Origin: Camelus dromedarius
Taxonomy: Eukaryota
DNA: 64,000 nucleotides
Direction of reading: 5' to 3'
Assembly (NCBI RefSeq): GCF_036321535.1
Contig: NC_087436.1
Span: 7,068,001 to 7,132,000 of the forward strand
How positions within the stretch are numbered: the first letter of the stretch is position 1; each line of letters opens with the position of its first letter. The notes below the pieces were generated by a model. It was not told where the DNA came from. It made no database searches and saw only the letters and a list, made by a program, of their open reading frames with translations. The position numbers and the translations under genes are program-made. This document shows positions 1 through 15,400 of this stretch, in pieces.

Positions 1-3000
1 ACTTTATCTTGGAAAAGAGGACCCCTGTGTATTGTGATCCATTTTGCTTGAGTGTCAAGGCTATTCATTTCAAACTTGACGACAGGCGTGTAGCCTGTTA
101 AATTTATATCCTTCCTAGGGAAAGATCCATAGATGTATCCAAAGATTTAGTTTCTGATTCTATCAGACAACATGGAAATCCTCAGTAGACCGTGTCTGTT
201 GTCTTTAAATCAGAAACTCTCAGGTGAGAAGAAATCTGACAGGTGCAACTGGTTCAGGGACCAGTCTTGTCTCCGAACCCTCTACCACTTTCCTTTCACT
301 CGAGCATCCAGTTTATTCTTGAACATCCCAGTGATGGGCAGCTGTCTCCCCAAGGCAACCCTTTAATCTTTGCATGGTTCTGACTGGGGAGAAAGCTGTC
401 AGGTTGGAGCCGAGTATAAATGCTCCCAAGATGGGCACAGAGAGGTTGAAATCAAATGCTGTGTGCAGGAGAGAAGAGGACAGAATAATGTTTCAGAGAG
501 GCTGGGAAGGGAATTCAAGAGTGGAGTGGAATCACTAGCTTTCAGGAAGAAACCTCCTCTGCGTTACTAGGGACAGGTCATGGTGGGCTTGGAGCGGGGA
601 GTTTGGGGTTGAGGGAGTTTCTGTCTGGCGTGTCTGAGTCCTCCGTTCAGAGTGAGAGGGTTGGCAGGTGGGAACGTTTAAGGAGAGAATAGTTTCAGAG
701 AGGAGGAGAGCAAACTGACCAGAGCGTTAAAGGCTCAGCCAGGTTGGTGCCCTTGAATGCGGAGTGATTTCCCACCGCCTGGTGCGGTAAGGGCAGAGAA
801 AGCAGAGGTTTGGTTTCTCCAGGACTGCAGCCTCGTTAGAGTGTAGTGCAAGGAAGGCTTGAGCGACATGCCACACTCTGCATTTGCAGACCTTCTGTCA
901 GGAATGTCCTCTCCTCATTTGACCCTCGTGTGACTTCGTTCTCAAGGACTGTCTTCTCAGAGACTTCTTTACTTACTGCCCTCTGAAAAGCAGGTTCTCT
1001 CCTACAGTTTGGATCCTTTCCTGGCTAGTCTTTTCCTTAGACTTTAACCAAAATGATGATTACTTTTGCTAAGTCGCCATACCTGCCTCCTGGAGTGGCA
1101 GCTTCAGGAAGACAGGGCACTGATCTGTCTTGTCTGGAGCCTGGAGCAGGGCCAGGAAGTCGTAGGCATTCGGAAAGGTGTGTCCAGTGAAGGTGACGGC
1201 ACCATTGGACTAGGGACCACAAGCTGGAAGTGTGAGGGCAAGCCACAGGACGGAGAATCTGGAAGACTGAGGATCGTGCTTGTTTTAAAAAGGGCCTCCT
1301 TGGGAGGCAGTGGAAGCAGGCTGAGAAATAGGAGGTTATTGGTGACAGAAGGCAGAGTGAGTGCCTAAGCAGGTGACAGGAGACCATGCAGTTTCAAGCC
1401 ATGATAAGGTCCTGGTCACATGGAGTGACGATCAGAGCAGTGACTGAGGTGGACTGGAAATAATTGTACAAAAATGGACAGATCACTAGAACAGAGGGTT
1501 CAAGCAAAACGAAACCCACACATAAGGATGTAGCACATAATAAAGGGAACCTCACGAGTCCGTGCAGCGATGGGTTAGTCAGTACATGGTCTTCAGGGTA
1601 GGGGAGTAATTTTAATATCCTTGTTTGTATTATAATTAAGATTAAATTCCAGATAAACCAAAGAGTTAGCAATTTCTTAGTGGCATAATGACTGATCAAA
1701 ACTTTTAATAAATTAGAAGATCAATTGAGACAAAGATTTAAAGTCAGAATAGTTTCACTTATGCAAATTAATAAGAAAAATACTCAGCTCACAACATAAT
1801 AGTATTCAAAGGACAAGAGTAGGTAGTTTGCAGGCGAGAACGTGCAAATGTCTATGCCCTAAAGAAAATACTTAAGACATTAGTAATCGAGTGTATGAGG
1901 ATTTAATATGAAACTGCTTTTCCTATTAAATTAGCACTGACTTAGTTCCTTATAATAAATGATTATAGATGGACATTCTTACACCTGTTAGGATGGTAGT
2001 TTTTGGAAAGAAACCTAACAGTTTACATTAAGAGCTTTAAAGGATTGTTCTTTTAGGCATATATATGTATCTCCTATATTGAAATAAAAAAAAAAAACAT
2101 TCCTAGTGTAAGATTAGGAACAGCATAAATTATGATACACAAACAGAGCTTACTGCAAGCGTTGTACTTATTTCCAAATATGTTTTCATACTTTCTACAT
2201 AAATGTATTTCCATCATGAATATTTATTAAGCAACCCTCCTGACCATGGGGATAGGCGTGGGTGTTTGATATTTAATACGCAAAAAGGTTTTCATGAGTG
2301 ATTTTTAAGTACTTAATGATAAATGCATAGTAGTTACGATGTTTTTATTTTACTTCAATAACTTCACTAGAGCTTTGTGGCATTTAATATTTCTTCTGTT
2401 TCTTCATTTACTTCATATCCCTTAAAAATGCAAAATAAAACTGGTTTTAAGAACTGTTTTCATAGAGCCCCTTTTGATTTGAGTAAATCACAGAGCTTTC
2501 AGCACTGATCTCAGAATATTACGAGAGTTGTTTTTTTTTTGAGAATATTACTATTTAACTATAATGTGCACCTAAATCTGTTCTGTTATCCATGTGGAAG
2601 AGTCATTAATTTAGGACAGGAGCTATTGGCCTAAGTGGCTTTATTTTTGCTCCCAAGACCAATATAATCAGATATGTTTTAAATATAAAATGTGTGCGTA
2701 TCTTTACTTAGAATAAAAGGGTTTAAAGACTGGCATTAATCTTAGCAATACTGTCATTTGGAGGAAGCTGGAAAATTTCAGGCATTTTGTTTATGTTTAT
2801 ATGCAGATATAAATTTTTTAACATTTTATGTTTTGTGACTTAGCGAAGCAGAAAACATTTTATTGCTTTATTATATTTTAGCTATTTTCTTCATGAAGAC
2901 AGGCTTTAGAAAACTGGGTGAAATATTAGAGTGCAAGTATTCAGTAGTTTGTGTTGGTCAGACCTGATCTTGAGCCCTGGTACAATTACTCGGTTTTGTT

Positions 3001-4879
3001 TTGTTTACACTGAACAATGTGTCTAATGTTCCCGTGTTTTCTCATCTGAAAAGTGGTAACAATCCTGATGTGCTGAATTGATATGAAGATTAATTATCAC
3101 CTATTATAAGCATCAGGTGTAGAGCTAGGTACATGGTAGTCACTCCGTGCTGGCTCACTCACCATTTTTATAATTACTGTGTGAGCCATTTAGCCAGATT
3201 TTAACAGGTGCAGTTAGCCTGAGAGAAATTTTTACATTTTGTCAGGGGTTGGGATATTTAACAGAGTTTGGGTTTTTTGGACAAATTCTGCCAGTATAAA
3301 TTGTGTGTGAGGCTCATTGCTGGGGTGGGGAGAGGGAAAGGTGTGCAGGCACTGAGATGAAAATGTGTCCCCCCGCAGAAGGGACTTTTGGTATAGGCTG
3401 TCACTGGCTTTCTTTTCCCTTGTTTGACCCAAGAACAGCCCTAGGGATGGCAAGGTGTAACCTCCGGTTTCCTGAGGATAACACTGGGTTTGCAGAGTTC
3501 CAACAACTTGGTTAAAGTCACACAGTGAATGCTGGAGCAGAGACCTGAACTGCTGACCTCTGGTTTGTCTGTTCATCCAGCAGACGCAAATTCAGTGACT
3601 CCCACGTTCCAGGCACTCGGGTTTAGCGCTCTCTTCCTGTAGACCAGTCGGGGTCATTAAACCTTTTGACTCCACTCAGTCTCCACGTGTCTCACTGTTC
3701 ATCAGACAGTGGGATTATGAAAAAGTCAATTCCTAAAAAATAAATCAATTTTTAAAATGCATTATTTAAAGGAATTCTATATATTTTAAAATGAAATGGG
3801 TATTTATTTTAAATGAATGTTTAGTGAATGTTATTTTGAAGATTATTTGTTTCTTAAAGAATGGAGTCCACATTACAGAAATAGAAAACAATTAATGATT
3901 ATTTACACAAATAGAGTGGAGAGTTCAGTTTTGGAAAGATTAATCCAACTCACATTTGAAAATCTTGATTCTATTTAAGACGTAAATATAATTCATTTAA
4001 GTGATAGTAATGATTTCTTTGGAGTGGTATAAAATATATCTGTCATCTCTTGCCATATGTTAGATGTTTAAGAATTAAAGAAAAACCTTAGGTTATATAA
4101 CTTTATTTAGAAGAGTTTTTGTTTTAATTTCCATCTTCCACAATGCTTCCTCACTTCAGGGTAATACTACAGAATGTGTGAAGAGAGAACTGAGTGTATA
4201 TTTGAAAATGTAAGGTGATGACTAATAATCGTCAATGTTAAAGTGCAACTGGGGTGAGATGTGATCATAGCAAGCCTGACCCAATGGTCACATTTTTAGG
4301 CTTTGGAAATAAGGCGGTGACACCAGCAGTGTTGGCCTGGTTTCTCTGACTGTGGCCTTGGCTGACCAGATCACATCCAGTTCTGTTTTCAGTTTCATGC
4401 TAGAATCCAGAGACAGTCCAAATTAGGGGTGTGCTGCCGAGCTAAGCCTCACCTCTCTCCCACGTGCAGCAGCGCTGGCCGTGGTCCGGGCCGTCAGTCG
4501 TCCACGAAGGCCACCGTGGACACAGCTTCCGCAGAGGTTAAGCTGTCCCCTTCCACCTATTCTGTCTTCAGTTATCTTCCCCGTAGGTTTTTCTTATGAT
4601 GCGTGTATTTCAGTTCAGGACGTTGTACCTAAAAAAACGAAGTGTGATTATAATTCTAGTTGTTAAACTGTAGAAATAATTAACTGATGCTTGTGTTGCT
4701 TCAAAATGTAGACTTAAATAGCGTGTTCTGTAATGTAAACCAAGACTTTAGAAAGGTGAAGCTTTGTTGATACAAAAATAATACAATTTCTTCTGTAAAC
4801 GTTGACTTAAACTGAATTATAGACAGAGTATAGATCCTCTAGGAGGATGCGTGTATTAAGTGTCTATTATATAAAGAGA

Positions 4880-5110
4880 CAGAGTACTTGTAGTTCTGAG
4901 TCTGGGGCCAGAACTCCTGGTTCCATTCTCAATTCCACAGTTACCAGGAGCACAATCGTGGAAAAATAATCTCTCTTCACCTGGATGTTTGCAGAATAAC
5001 AAAAGTTAATAAGGGCACTTACTTCGTAGGATTGTTTTAAGGATGAAATGAGTTACTACACAGAAGCCACTTACAGCAGCTCCTGGCATGTTGTATTTGG
5101 TGTTGGCTTA
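4880..5110 (+). mobile_element. MIR SINE (degenerate)
   Basis: tctggggccagaactcctggttcc...acttacttcgtaggattgttttaaggatgaaatgag...cctggcatg. Confidence 0.55.
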
Positions 5111-6266
5111 TTACTGTCAGGTTCAACATTTTATATTTACAGTTTTATTTATTTTAATCAGTGTTTGCCTGTTCTTAAAAATAGATTTGTTTATTGTCTT
5201 TGAAGATCATATGAGCTATGAGCTACTTGAAGTTGGTAAATGTTATGTTTTTGACAAAGTTAATAGTTTTATCATGAAGTCTTCCTAAGAGGTCAGTATT
5301 TTATCTGGAAAAACATGTCTGTGATGTTCAAGATCAATATAGTTGATATTTAATCGCACCCATTCTTACTGCACTTAAGCAGTTAATGAATGCTCGGCAC
5401 ACAAAGTCCAGTAAGGCCAGTGCGATACAGGCATGCGATTGTTGAGATAATAATTACAAAGGCTGCAGAATAACCGACGGGGATAGCTGTTCCAGGCTTG
5501 AGAGAGCCCGACAGGAGACACCGTTTTGAAATGTGTGACTCTCGTGACTGAGAAGAGATTCAGGTGTATCTTGATGACTTGGAGTTTGACCGGTGACACC
5601 ATCAGCCATGTTGAGGAATGAATGGGGAGAAAGACTGCGTCACCACTCGGAGTGTAGGGTCTTTCACACCTTTGGCAGTTTATAGTTGGAGAGTAGACAT
5701 TGTGATCATCAGACTAAATGTTTTGTTTGCATATTTATCAAGTTACCTGTGATTTGGGATTCACTTTTTCATACAGACCATCTAATGACAGAGAAGTGGT
5801 TCGGTCTTCTTGGCATTAATAAATCTGCACCTATTCTCCTGGGGAAGAAATTGTTCCAAATTAACTGTCACCCTTAAGCTCTTAGCTTAAGCCATTCTCT
5901 TTGAAAAATGGAGTGAAAACAAAGACTTATCTTTTTCTTATTTTGCTATGTTTCAAACAGCTCAGATAAGAAGTCAAAATTATTGAGAGAGAATTATTAA
6001 TCCTAACTAAAAATTCAGTAAGAGGTAAAATCACTTATATGTTGTTGCCATCATTCTTTTATGTAGTGCCTAGCACAGAAAGATCTGTTACTACTGAATA
6101 CGTGTAACATAGTTAAGGAAAAATTAATATAGTAAGAGGTTTGATATTTTGAACTAGACTTGTTTTTATTTCTTTTGGGTCCAAAAGGTGTACTTGACAC
6201 AGTATGTTTATTTGTCTGTGTATCTCTCTCTGTCCATCAATCTATCAATTTTCGGTCTGTCTCCAG

Positions 6267-6444
6267 GCCACGGAAAGTGAGGCTGGTGATATGGACCTGA
6301 GTGGGTTGCCAGAGACCGCTGTGGACTCTGAGGACGATGACGATGAAGAGGACATCGAGAGGGCCTCAGACCCACTGATGAGCAGGGACATTGTGAGGGA
6401 CTGCCTGGAGAAGGACCCCATTGACAGGACGGATGACGACATTG
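6267..6444 (+). CDS. RAPGEF2: RAPGEF2 exon (acidic N-terminal region, ATESEAGD...DDDI)
   Basis: ctccag|GCC acceptor, ATTG|gtaagt donor; 178 nt. Confidence 0.96.
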
Positions 6445-9400
6445 GTAAGTATGGGTGCGAAAATGCATCCCAGAGCAATTCAGAGTAAATGCATATTAAT
6501 ACAGCTTTTTAAAAAGGAAAAAAAAATACACAGAGGGAAAGTCATCTGATATCATAGAGCCCGGGTTTGTAGGCTTTAAGGGGTCATTCATTTAAAAACT
6601 TCCCTTGGCATTTGTTGAAAAAACTTAAAAAAAGATTCATTTTACTCAATCAGTACCTTCAAGAGTCTACAAATAATACAGCTGCTTAATAAAACCCTTC
6701 CACATGAGCCCTTTGCTAGCTTACATTATGACAAAAAATAAAATAAAAGTCGTCTTCCAAACAATGGTTCTTCTTTTAATTTTCTTGGGAGCACCATTCC
6801 TAGTGAACTAGGAAGTTCTTCTTCATGTAAACACTGGTCGAGAGGCAGCTGGTAGATTGTCCTGTAAAAGCTTTGCTTCCGCAGCCAGTCCAGATCTCAG
6901 CCACCCCTGCCCGAGCCGGGCTGTCTGCTCCGCCATTCCCCCAGCTCTCCCTGGGCCAGTGTCTACTTGAGAGGAATTCGGGGAACTGGATCTCCTGGGT
7001 CAGGTGCAGGACCCTGTGGGCATCAGTATGTGTGGGCGACCAGTTGCTTGTGCTTGGAGCGAGCCCAGACACCTCGTTCTGTGTGAGGGGACACCTGTGC
7101 CACTTCAGCTCTCCGCACGCGAGGGAGTCAAAGATGAAAACCCAGACCTTGGCTTAGAGATCTAAGCCACCATGGACGCCCTTGGTAGGCGTCGCTGACT
7201 ACTTACAGATGCCTGTTCCGGGGCCGTACCCATTCAGTCTGTGGACTCAGGGTTTCTGGGTCCTGGTGGCTCAGTGGGAAAGAAGCAGGGGAGGTCCTGG
7301 TCTTGTCCCGCTGCAGGTCTGAAGGCTATGATGGGGACTCAGGGTGTGTGACCGGGAGGGCACTGACCAGGAGGCTGTCTGAGGAAGGACGGGTTGGTGT
7401 GATGCCTTTTTAGGAGCGCAGACCTGAATGAAGGGAGAAGCGGGGCCTGCCTCCCCCAGTGCAGACACCTGTTCTGCATCCCTTCGCCAATGGCTAACCC
7501 CTAGATTCCGGTTGGAATGAGGGATGGATGGAACTGCTTCTCAAATACCCACCCCTGACTTCCCTTTCTTTTCTTTTTCTTTTTTTCTTTTTTTGGTACT
7601 TTGTTAATTTTTATTGTCAAATAATGCTTCATTATGTAGTTATACCACAATTCACTTATCCATGAACTGACTGATGGACATTTTGCTTATTTCTACTTAT
7701 GCTGTTATGAATAATATTACTATGCTTCTTCCCCCAATATTCTTTTATTAGATCCACATGACACATTTTTTTAAAAACTCTGTGCTAGGAAGAAATTGAT
7801 AAATTGGTATGGCTTCGGGCACTAGTAACCAGCGTTCCCCCCCAACTTTAGCCCACGTCCTTCTGCATTGCCTCCACTCCCTGTTACGAAGGGGCTGGTA
7901 GTTAGTTCACATGTCTTTTAAGGATTTTGCAGCATAAAGTGAAGTGGTTCTGTTTTACCCCTGAAGACATGGGGTTGAGCCTTCTTGTGTCTGAATCCAC
8001 ACATTCCTCTGATCTCCACTGTCCAAAATTTATTTCCCTCTCTTTGTCCCTGACTACTTCTTTTTAAAAATCTTTTTATTGTAATTTTTAAAGAGACAGT
8101 GACATCGGAAGTGTGTTCATTTGGCCCTCTTAACCCAGAATCCTTGCTCTCAGGCTCTTTTAAAAGTTAGATTGAACATTGTTTATGAACAGCTTGATGT
8201 GGAAGTTATCCTTTTCGAATATGCTCCCTTTAGTATAGTTATGGAAGACAATTATGATCATTAAAAAAATAGGTAGCATGTCATTCCTGGAAATTTAAGG
8301 CTTTCCCTTCGTATCTGAGAAGTTTTCTCTCCCAGAATTTCTAGAAAGCAAGAGCTATGCTGAGTCCTGCAAATGAATACCAAGCTGGTGTGTGTGTGTG
8401 TGTGGTTGTTGATAAAATCTCTGAGTGCACTGCTTACACTTGAGTGCCAGCTCACTGGTAAGCAGTGATGATTCAGATGCTTGGCCCTGTCAAATATACT
8501 TTTATTTAAAACGGTGAATCGGTGTCAGTACAGCTAAGGCCTCATGATGTTGCCTGGCCCGCACGAGGTCTGGGGGAGATCCCGTGTTCTGTCTCCTCAG
8601 AGCACAGCCACATGTGAGAACGTTTACCTTGTCTGCCTTTTCTCTTGTTACGTCTAACTCACCCTCCTGCACTTGGTTAATACAGACACCTTTCATATGA
8701 ACGACGAACATCTGTGGGATTGATGCTTTGTCCAGGTGCCTGCCTGCCGAACCTCCTTCCTCTCCCCAAGCGATGGGGTGGTGTGTTTTAAGTTTAGTTT
8801 AAATGAAATTGCTCCTCTTTAATCCTATTTTTAAAACTGCAGGAATTAACAAACTTCCTTTTGGGTTCCCATAGATTCTTGGGTGTGCCTTTGTTTCCGT
8901 ATTTTGAGAAAACGGGCATCATTTATTTTTGCTCGGTAACTTGTGACAAAGTATTCAATTACTGAATGGTTATGAATTTAATATTTTTGTTTTAAGGCAG
9001 AGAACTGCTTGGACCCCTTTCAAAGGATTCCTTTTTTCTTTCCTGCTTAGTATACCTCACACACACAGAATCTACAGATTTTCTAAAAAAAAAAAAAAAA
9101 AAACTTTACAATATTAATTACTTCTTACATAAATTAAACCAAAGCAAGTAAGATCATTTTCTGAATTGGCTAAAGCGTCTGTTGTCTGTAGGTTGATTAT
9201 TTGGCTTTTCTTTGTGTTACATGACAAGAGAAAAAGGGTTTTTTTTTAATGTCTTACATTTTTCATAAACAGGGATGTTTCTTCCCTATGGAAGTAAGAC
9301 AAATCATATTCATGTGTTACTCAAACAGATTCTTCCAAGCAGTACAGCATAGAGTAGTTCCCAGTCGCGGCCCCTTCGCTCCACACGTCCTGGGAACTGT

Positions 9401-12400
9401 CTCATCCCTCTCCAGCCTCTGGCCTCTTGGCCCCGGAGTGTCTCGGCTTCCACTCCACACGCTCCTGCGGCCTCACCAGGGTTATGTTGAGCCCCTACCG
9501 TCAAATGCTTCCATTTTGTGTTTATAATTTTTTTAAAAGATTGGTGATAGATATTCTTTATTTTTTAAACTGCTGTAATCCTCCAGTGTGATTAAAAAAA
9601 AAATGGAAAAGAAGTGATCACAGAACCAGTGGTACCATTTTTGAATCTCTGAGAGTTTTTAAAACCCTTGGATGCTGTCTGGTTAGGCGATTGATTATTT
9701 TTAGTTTTTCAATTGAGGCTGGAGAATTTTGTAGATTTACTGTTATCACATCTCCTCTGTGTCCTTTGTTCTTTATCCTTATTTGATGCACAGACATTGC
9801 CTATCCTGTTGTATTTCTTTAATGTTAGTCACTAGTCATATATCACAAATTGATTTCATGACCCACTGAGGGATTAGGAGACTGACAAAAAGCAAGACAG
9901 ATGTCTGTGCGAGCCCTTCAGGTCACGGTATTAGTGAATACGTTTTATACTTTATATTCTCCAGTCATCTGTGGCGGTAATTTGACTTTTATTATTGTCT
10001 TAATGTAATAGTATGTTAAACCGGAAACATTTCTGACAATTATTTTTCTGCTCTCATGTCTTTCTTACGAGCATACATCTTTGCTTGTCCAAGGACCTTC
10101 AGCTCTTACTAGGAGAGGAAAAAATAAACTGTGTGGCTTGTACCTAGTGTTTTAATACCTCATGGTGGAGGTGGGGCTGATGGTGAAAGAAAACTGAGGC
10201 CAGTGAGAGCAGAACCGACCAATGCCCCAGTCCGAGGACCACGATGTGTCCATTGGCCTCTCTGTTTCATAGTGAAAGGCCGGGCATCTGTAAAGGAACG
10301 AGTCCCACGTCCCATGTGTAGCTGTACGGGGCATCTCCTGCAGTGGCTTTCAAAACTGCTTTATCGCTGCCCTCAGGTAGAGAGAGATTTTTATGGCATG
10401 ACGCGAGCCCGTCTGCTCATTCCAGAAATAAAAGTTTCACTAACGAGAACGAATCCTTCCTGTAAGTGATGTACTTTCTCTTGCTGCTTCCTTTTTAAAA
10501 ATGCTGGTTGCAGCAGCGAATTGATTTCCTGACACGCCAGTCGAGGTCAGGCTGAAGAACTCTGTCTTGTTGGACCCGCTCCCTGGGTACCACTTAGCAT
10601 TGTTGTCCTCCTGGTTACCAAAGCCACCCCGGGTAATGAGAGTCTTACACACGGGGGATGACGTAGGGTCTCACCAGAGCAGACATTACCACGCTGGGCC
10701 AGCAAAAACCACCTAGTCTGACCTTGTGGAAATGTCATGTTTTCACGGAATACATCTTTGTATTATACGTTGTTTTTTTTGCAAGGAGCAAACTATATCC
10801 ACTAACATGAAATTTGTCACTAAATCCTCACAGATAGAAGCAGCATGCATAGGGACAGTTTCCTTATGTGGGGGCAAGAAAAAGCGTAGTTGGAATTTTT
10901 ACTTAGCCGGAAGTTTGAATGACACCATGTATAGGACAGTAGTGACAGTACCAGCCAGCAGTCCTCATTTGTCAAGCGTTTCCTCTGCGAGAAGGACTTT
11001 ATCACATGGATCGCATTTGATCCTCAGAGCTGCCCAGTGAAGGTGGGCGTCGTGTGATGCTTTTACAGATGAGAAAAGCATGCCTCGGGGAAACGTATCG
11101 GCCTTCCCCAAGAAATACAAGTATTTGGATGCTGTCTGACACGCACCCTGCGCTCTGGCCACCACCCATAATGCCCAGCGTGAGCTCTGGGGGCAGGCAG
11201 TTCTGAATCCTGGCCCTGCCGCCTCCTAATTAGATGACCTTCAGCCTCGGTTTCCTCCCTGGGGAATGAGAAAGAAACCACGCATCGCACAGAGCCATGG
11301 TGAGGGGTCGGGAAAGAACTTAGGAAGTACGTAGGAAAGCTCCCGAACAATAGAGAAAATCAAGAACAGAGACCACAGCAGGGGAGGGTATGGCTCAGTA
11401 ATAGAGCATGTGCATGCATGAGGTCATGGGTTCAATCCTCAGTACCTCCGTTAAAAAAAAAAAAACTAACTAGTGATAAATAAATAAATAGATAGACAGA
11501 CAGACAGACCTAAAGACTCCCCCTCAAAAAAAAAAAAAAAGAATAGATACCACAGGGCTTGGGAAGACTGAAGTCACCCATCCAAACAGCCGCTGGAACT
11601 GGACCAGAGCAGACGCCGTTTCTCCACCGCATCGCCGGTGGGGCGATGGTCAGACCTTCTTTTTGCCAATCTGCGGGATGAGAATTAAGAGAACAATTTT
11701 CATTTGCACTTACCATGTCAGGCTGTAAATTTTATAATTGCTTAATTTTTCCAGATTTGTCTGTGCCATAGAAAATATTGCCTGGTTTCCAAGTCCCAGG
11801 GGAGTCCAGGTGGCTGTTTCTGCTGTCTGTTTCAGGTACCCAGTTAGTCGCCCAGAAGACGCTGGACCAGACCTCCTGACTTTTTGGAGAAGTCGCAGAG
11901 CTCTGTTTCATTTCTGCCCATCATTTCATCCCTTAATAAGCCTTAGTCAGATCACAGCTCACTTTCGATAGAGATTCCCCACTCGACGTTTATGAATTTC
12001 TTCATTCCCGTTAGAATTTGAGGTACAGTGTGTCCTGGGGCTCTTGGATTGGCCTGGAAACGTCACCCTCTCCACCGTGGCAGAATTCTCCGTGTTACTG
12101 CAGGGCATTCAGCTTGTGCTAAAGATGCTCAGAGTCACTGTACGGCTGACTAGGCAGGATCGTAGGGCCTCTAAGAAGAAACAAGCCTAGAGTGTTCTCT
12201 GCCGACACCTGTTTTTTAAAACAGTTGTAATTTTAACGCACGTCTCTTGCTTTTCAGAACAACTCTTGGAATTCATGCACCAGCTGCCCGCTTTTGCCAA
12301 CATGACCATGTCGGTGAGACGGGAGCTGTGCGCCGTGATGGTGTTCGCGGTGGTGGAGAGAGCGGGGACCATCGTTCTCAATGACGGCGAAGAGGTGCGG

Positions 12401-15400
12401 GCAGCCTTCCCCGTAGGGACCCCCGTACAGCACGTGAACAGAAAGCCAGACCTCAGGCTTCCCCCTTTAGAAGCAACAGGAGGCAACAAGTTTTTCATAG
12501 TTCAAGAGTTACAGTACACTCGTCGTTGGGTCCAGTATTCCGAATCCCTCGTGTTATCTCCCAGCACTTGCAGTGTTTCATATGATATGGATAGAAATAT
12601 TGGGAGGCATAAGCTTTTCAGACTTTGTGACTTAAAAGTTCAAAATAGAATGCCTCTTGTCAAAGCAAAATGATGCTCTCAATTGGCGATCATTCTATCT
12701 TGTTTTCATGTGTTTGGGGGGAACAGAAGGAATTTCTTCCTCGAGTTGTCCTGAGTCACGAGGAGAGCGGAGTGCCTGGTGCCCCGTGCGGGTGTCTGAA
12801 AGCCCTGGGACCCTGGCGATCGGCCCCCTGGCCTTGGGTCATTTGTTCCCTCTTTGAAATGCAAGCTCTAAACCATCTGTAGGGACTATCCTAGCACTTT
12901 CTGCTTCACGGTCATGACGGTGTTTTCTGCTCTGTCTTCCCTGTTCGAGCCAGCTGGACTCCTGGTCAGTGATTCTGAACGGTTCTGTGGAAGTGACTTA
13001 TCCTGACGGAAAAGCGGAAATACTGTGTATGGGGAATAGTTTTGGTGTCTCTCCCACCATGGACAAAGAATACATGAAAGGAGTGATGAGGACCAAGGTG
13101 GATGACTGCCAGGTATAAGCTGTCATTAAAAATGTATATTTGGTGCTGAATAAAGAACACTTATATATGCAGTTGTGGTAAGGTTTTTCTGCCTGTATAA
13201 GCAGGTCATCTTCTAGATTTATAAAGGTGATTTTAAAATAGGACTATTGCTTTTAGCATTACCATGCTTTAGAAAATTAAAAATAAATCTCCCTTAAAAT
13301 TATTCAAAATCCAAGGAAGTATTTTATAAATGTGTTCTATAAATATGTTATTTTAAAATTTGCATCAATAATAATTGATAATCTATTCAACAAAAAATAT
13401 AAAAGTAAAATGCCCATTATGAAAAGAAATTATATGTAGATGAGTAAAGATGATGTGAAACAGTTATGCAGTGTTTTTATTTAAATACATACAAGATAAG
13501 GAATTGATTTTAGAAGTTGTGAAAATTAATCATAGCAGGAATCAGTAGAAAGACTTGCTGGTGAAAAAAATACTGCTAATGGAAAGAAAAATGGCAGTAT
13601 TGATATTATGTTAATATTCATTATTTAAAAGCATTAAATAAAAGACTAGAAATAATAGTGAGACCAAATGTGAAATTTAATTAGATTGCTACAACTGGTA
13701 ACCTCCATATTAGTGTAAAATAAATTTGAGTGCTTTTATTACCATTCAGTATTTATGATTTATGTCTTCTGAAAAAATTTGCCCTTGAAAGATAAAATAT
13801 TTTAATATAAATAAGCCAAAAGATGTCACTTAGACTAATTAATGTTAAGTGCTCACTGTATTTATTAGTCTACTGTCTGAAATACATCAGAATATAGTTT
13901 ATTCTAAAAGATCATCATTGACTTTATAATGTCTGATAAATGTAAAACAGTGTTCATTTAAATTTTCATTTTAAGCATTTTACTTACTAAAAAGATAAAC
14001 GACCATGGCTATAAATAAAATCATCTTACCTAGAGAATAATTTTGCTCAGTGACTCCTTCAGTGAGCTCCACAGAGAGAAAAGTGGCCATGAATTCAGTG
14101 TTGTGAGTATGTCATGCCAGAAAGGCATTCTAAACAGAGTCAGCTCCCAGTTGTTTGGCATAATAGAGGGAAAGAAAATGGTAGGTAAATCTCCAGGTCT
14201 TTACTCGGCCTCAAAATGTGTATTTAAAAGGGGTCATATGTGATATTTCAGCTTGAGAATTATACTCCAAAAAAAAAAAAAAAAAAAAAAGAAGCCAAAC
14301 TGAGTCAAAACGAACTAGAAAATTGTTGAAGATGTCCCCACCCCACTGTCTCTTCTCAGCTCCTCCCTGAGCCCTCCTACAAGTCAGGCTCAACAGGGCA
14401 TTTGAGTCAGTCTGTCCTTAAAGGGCGAGTAATGGTTATCTTATTTCAGAGAATTCAGCTACCACCCTTAACTGGCCAACCCTCCTTGTTAGAAATTTCA
14501 AAATCTTGGAACAGAAATGACACAGGAGGCATAGAAATGTTTCAGAATAGTTGATAAAAATATTATACGACGTAACATTGCAGAGTACTTAAGTAGTGTC
14601 AGATGTCCCAGGTAACACTGAATATTTATCTGTGAGTTCTGGGAAAGGAGGAGGAGGCAGACGTTAGGCAGAGAGTTCATCTATTTACCGGATGAGGAAT
14701 CAGTGGGAAATCCAGGGTGATAGCAACGTAGACTCCTGGAGAAAACTCTCAGTTGAAAAGGAAGGCTCCCATCAAGATAGTGTTAGGCTCCCACCGCTCC
14801 TGATGTGAGACCCAGACGGACATGGGGTCCAGGGCGCAGCGTCTGCTGGAGGACGCCTTTCTCCCCCTGCAGTCCGCCCCGCACGCTGGGAGGGCACACG
14901 AAATCAGAGCTTTCAGCAACCACTCCTTCTCCCACCGACCCATCTGCCCCTCCACTCAGAACAGGAATGGAGAGCAACTTTAGAGATTTTAATGCAAATG
15001 CTTATTTGGGGTCAGATTTTAGTGTATTTCTGTTATAATGTCATTTCTTTGCCAGAAAGTGCACCTGTCAGGTCCTCCTCTTGTTGGGGGAAGTAAAGGA
15101 AACGAGGCATCATATTTTTATTCATCCACGAAACCCTCTCCATGAGTGTCTGTCCTTCCACTGAGCACACGGCAGTCAGTCAGTCAACAGTTACTGAATG
15201 AAGCGGACAGAATGTCCTAGGCCTCCCAGTGACCCCCAGGTCCGGCTTAGCCCTGCCCCACACCCTGCAGGGGGTGATGAACCCCCGGACCCCTGTGTGA
15301 GCAGTTGGCTATGAACTTCTTACAGACCGCAGAGTAAGCAGATCCCACCTCGTACGGTGCGTCTCTTACACTCAGCTCTTCCTGAGACTGTGGAGCTAAC

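Noticed and set aside
1..6266. Upstream RAPGEF2 exon or promoter
   Set aside because: No exon encoding the expected preceding peptide (...SLSDIYQ) and no CpG-island promoter seen; treated as intron with old repeat debris.
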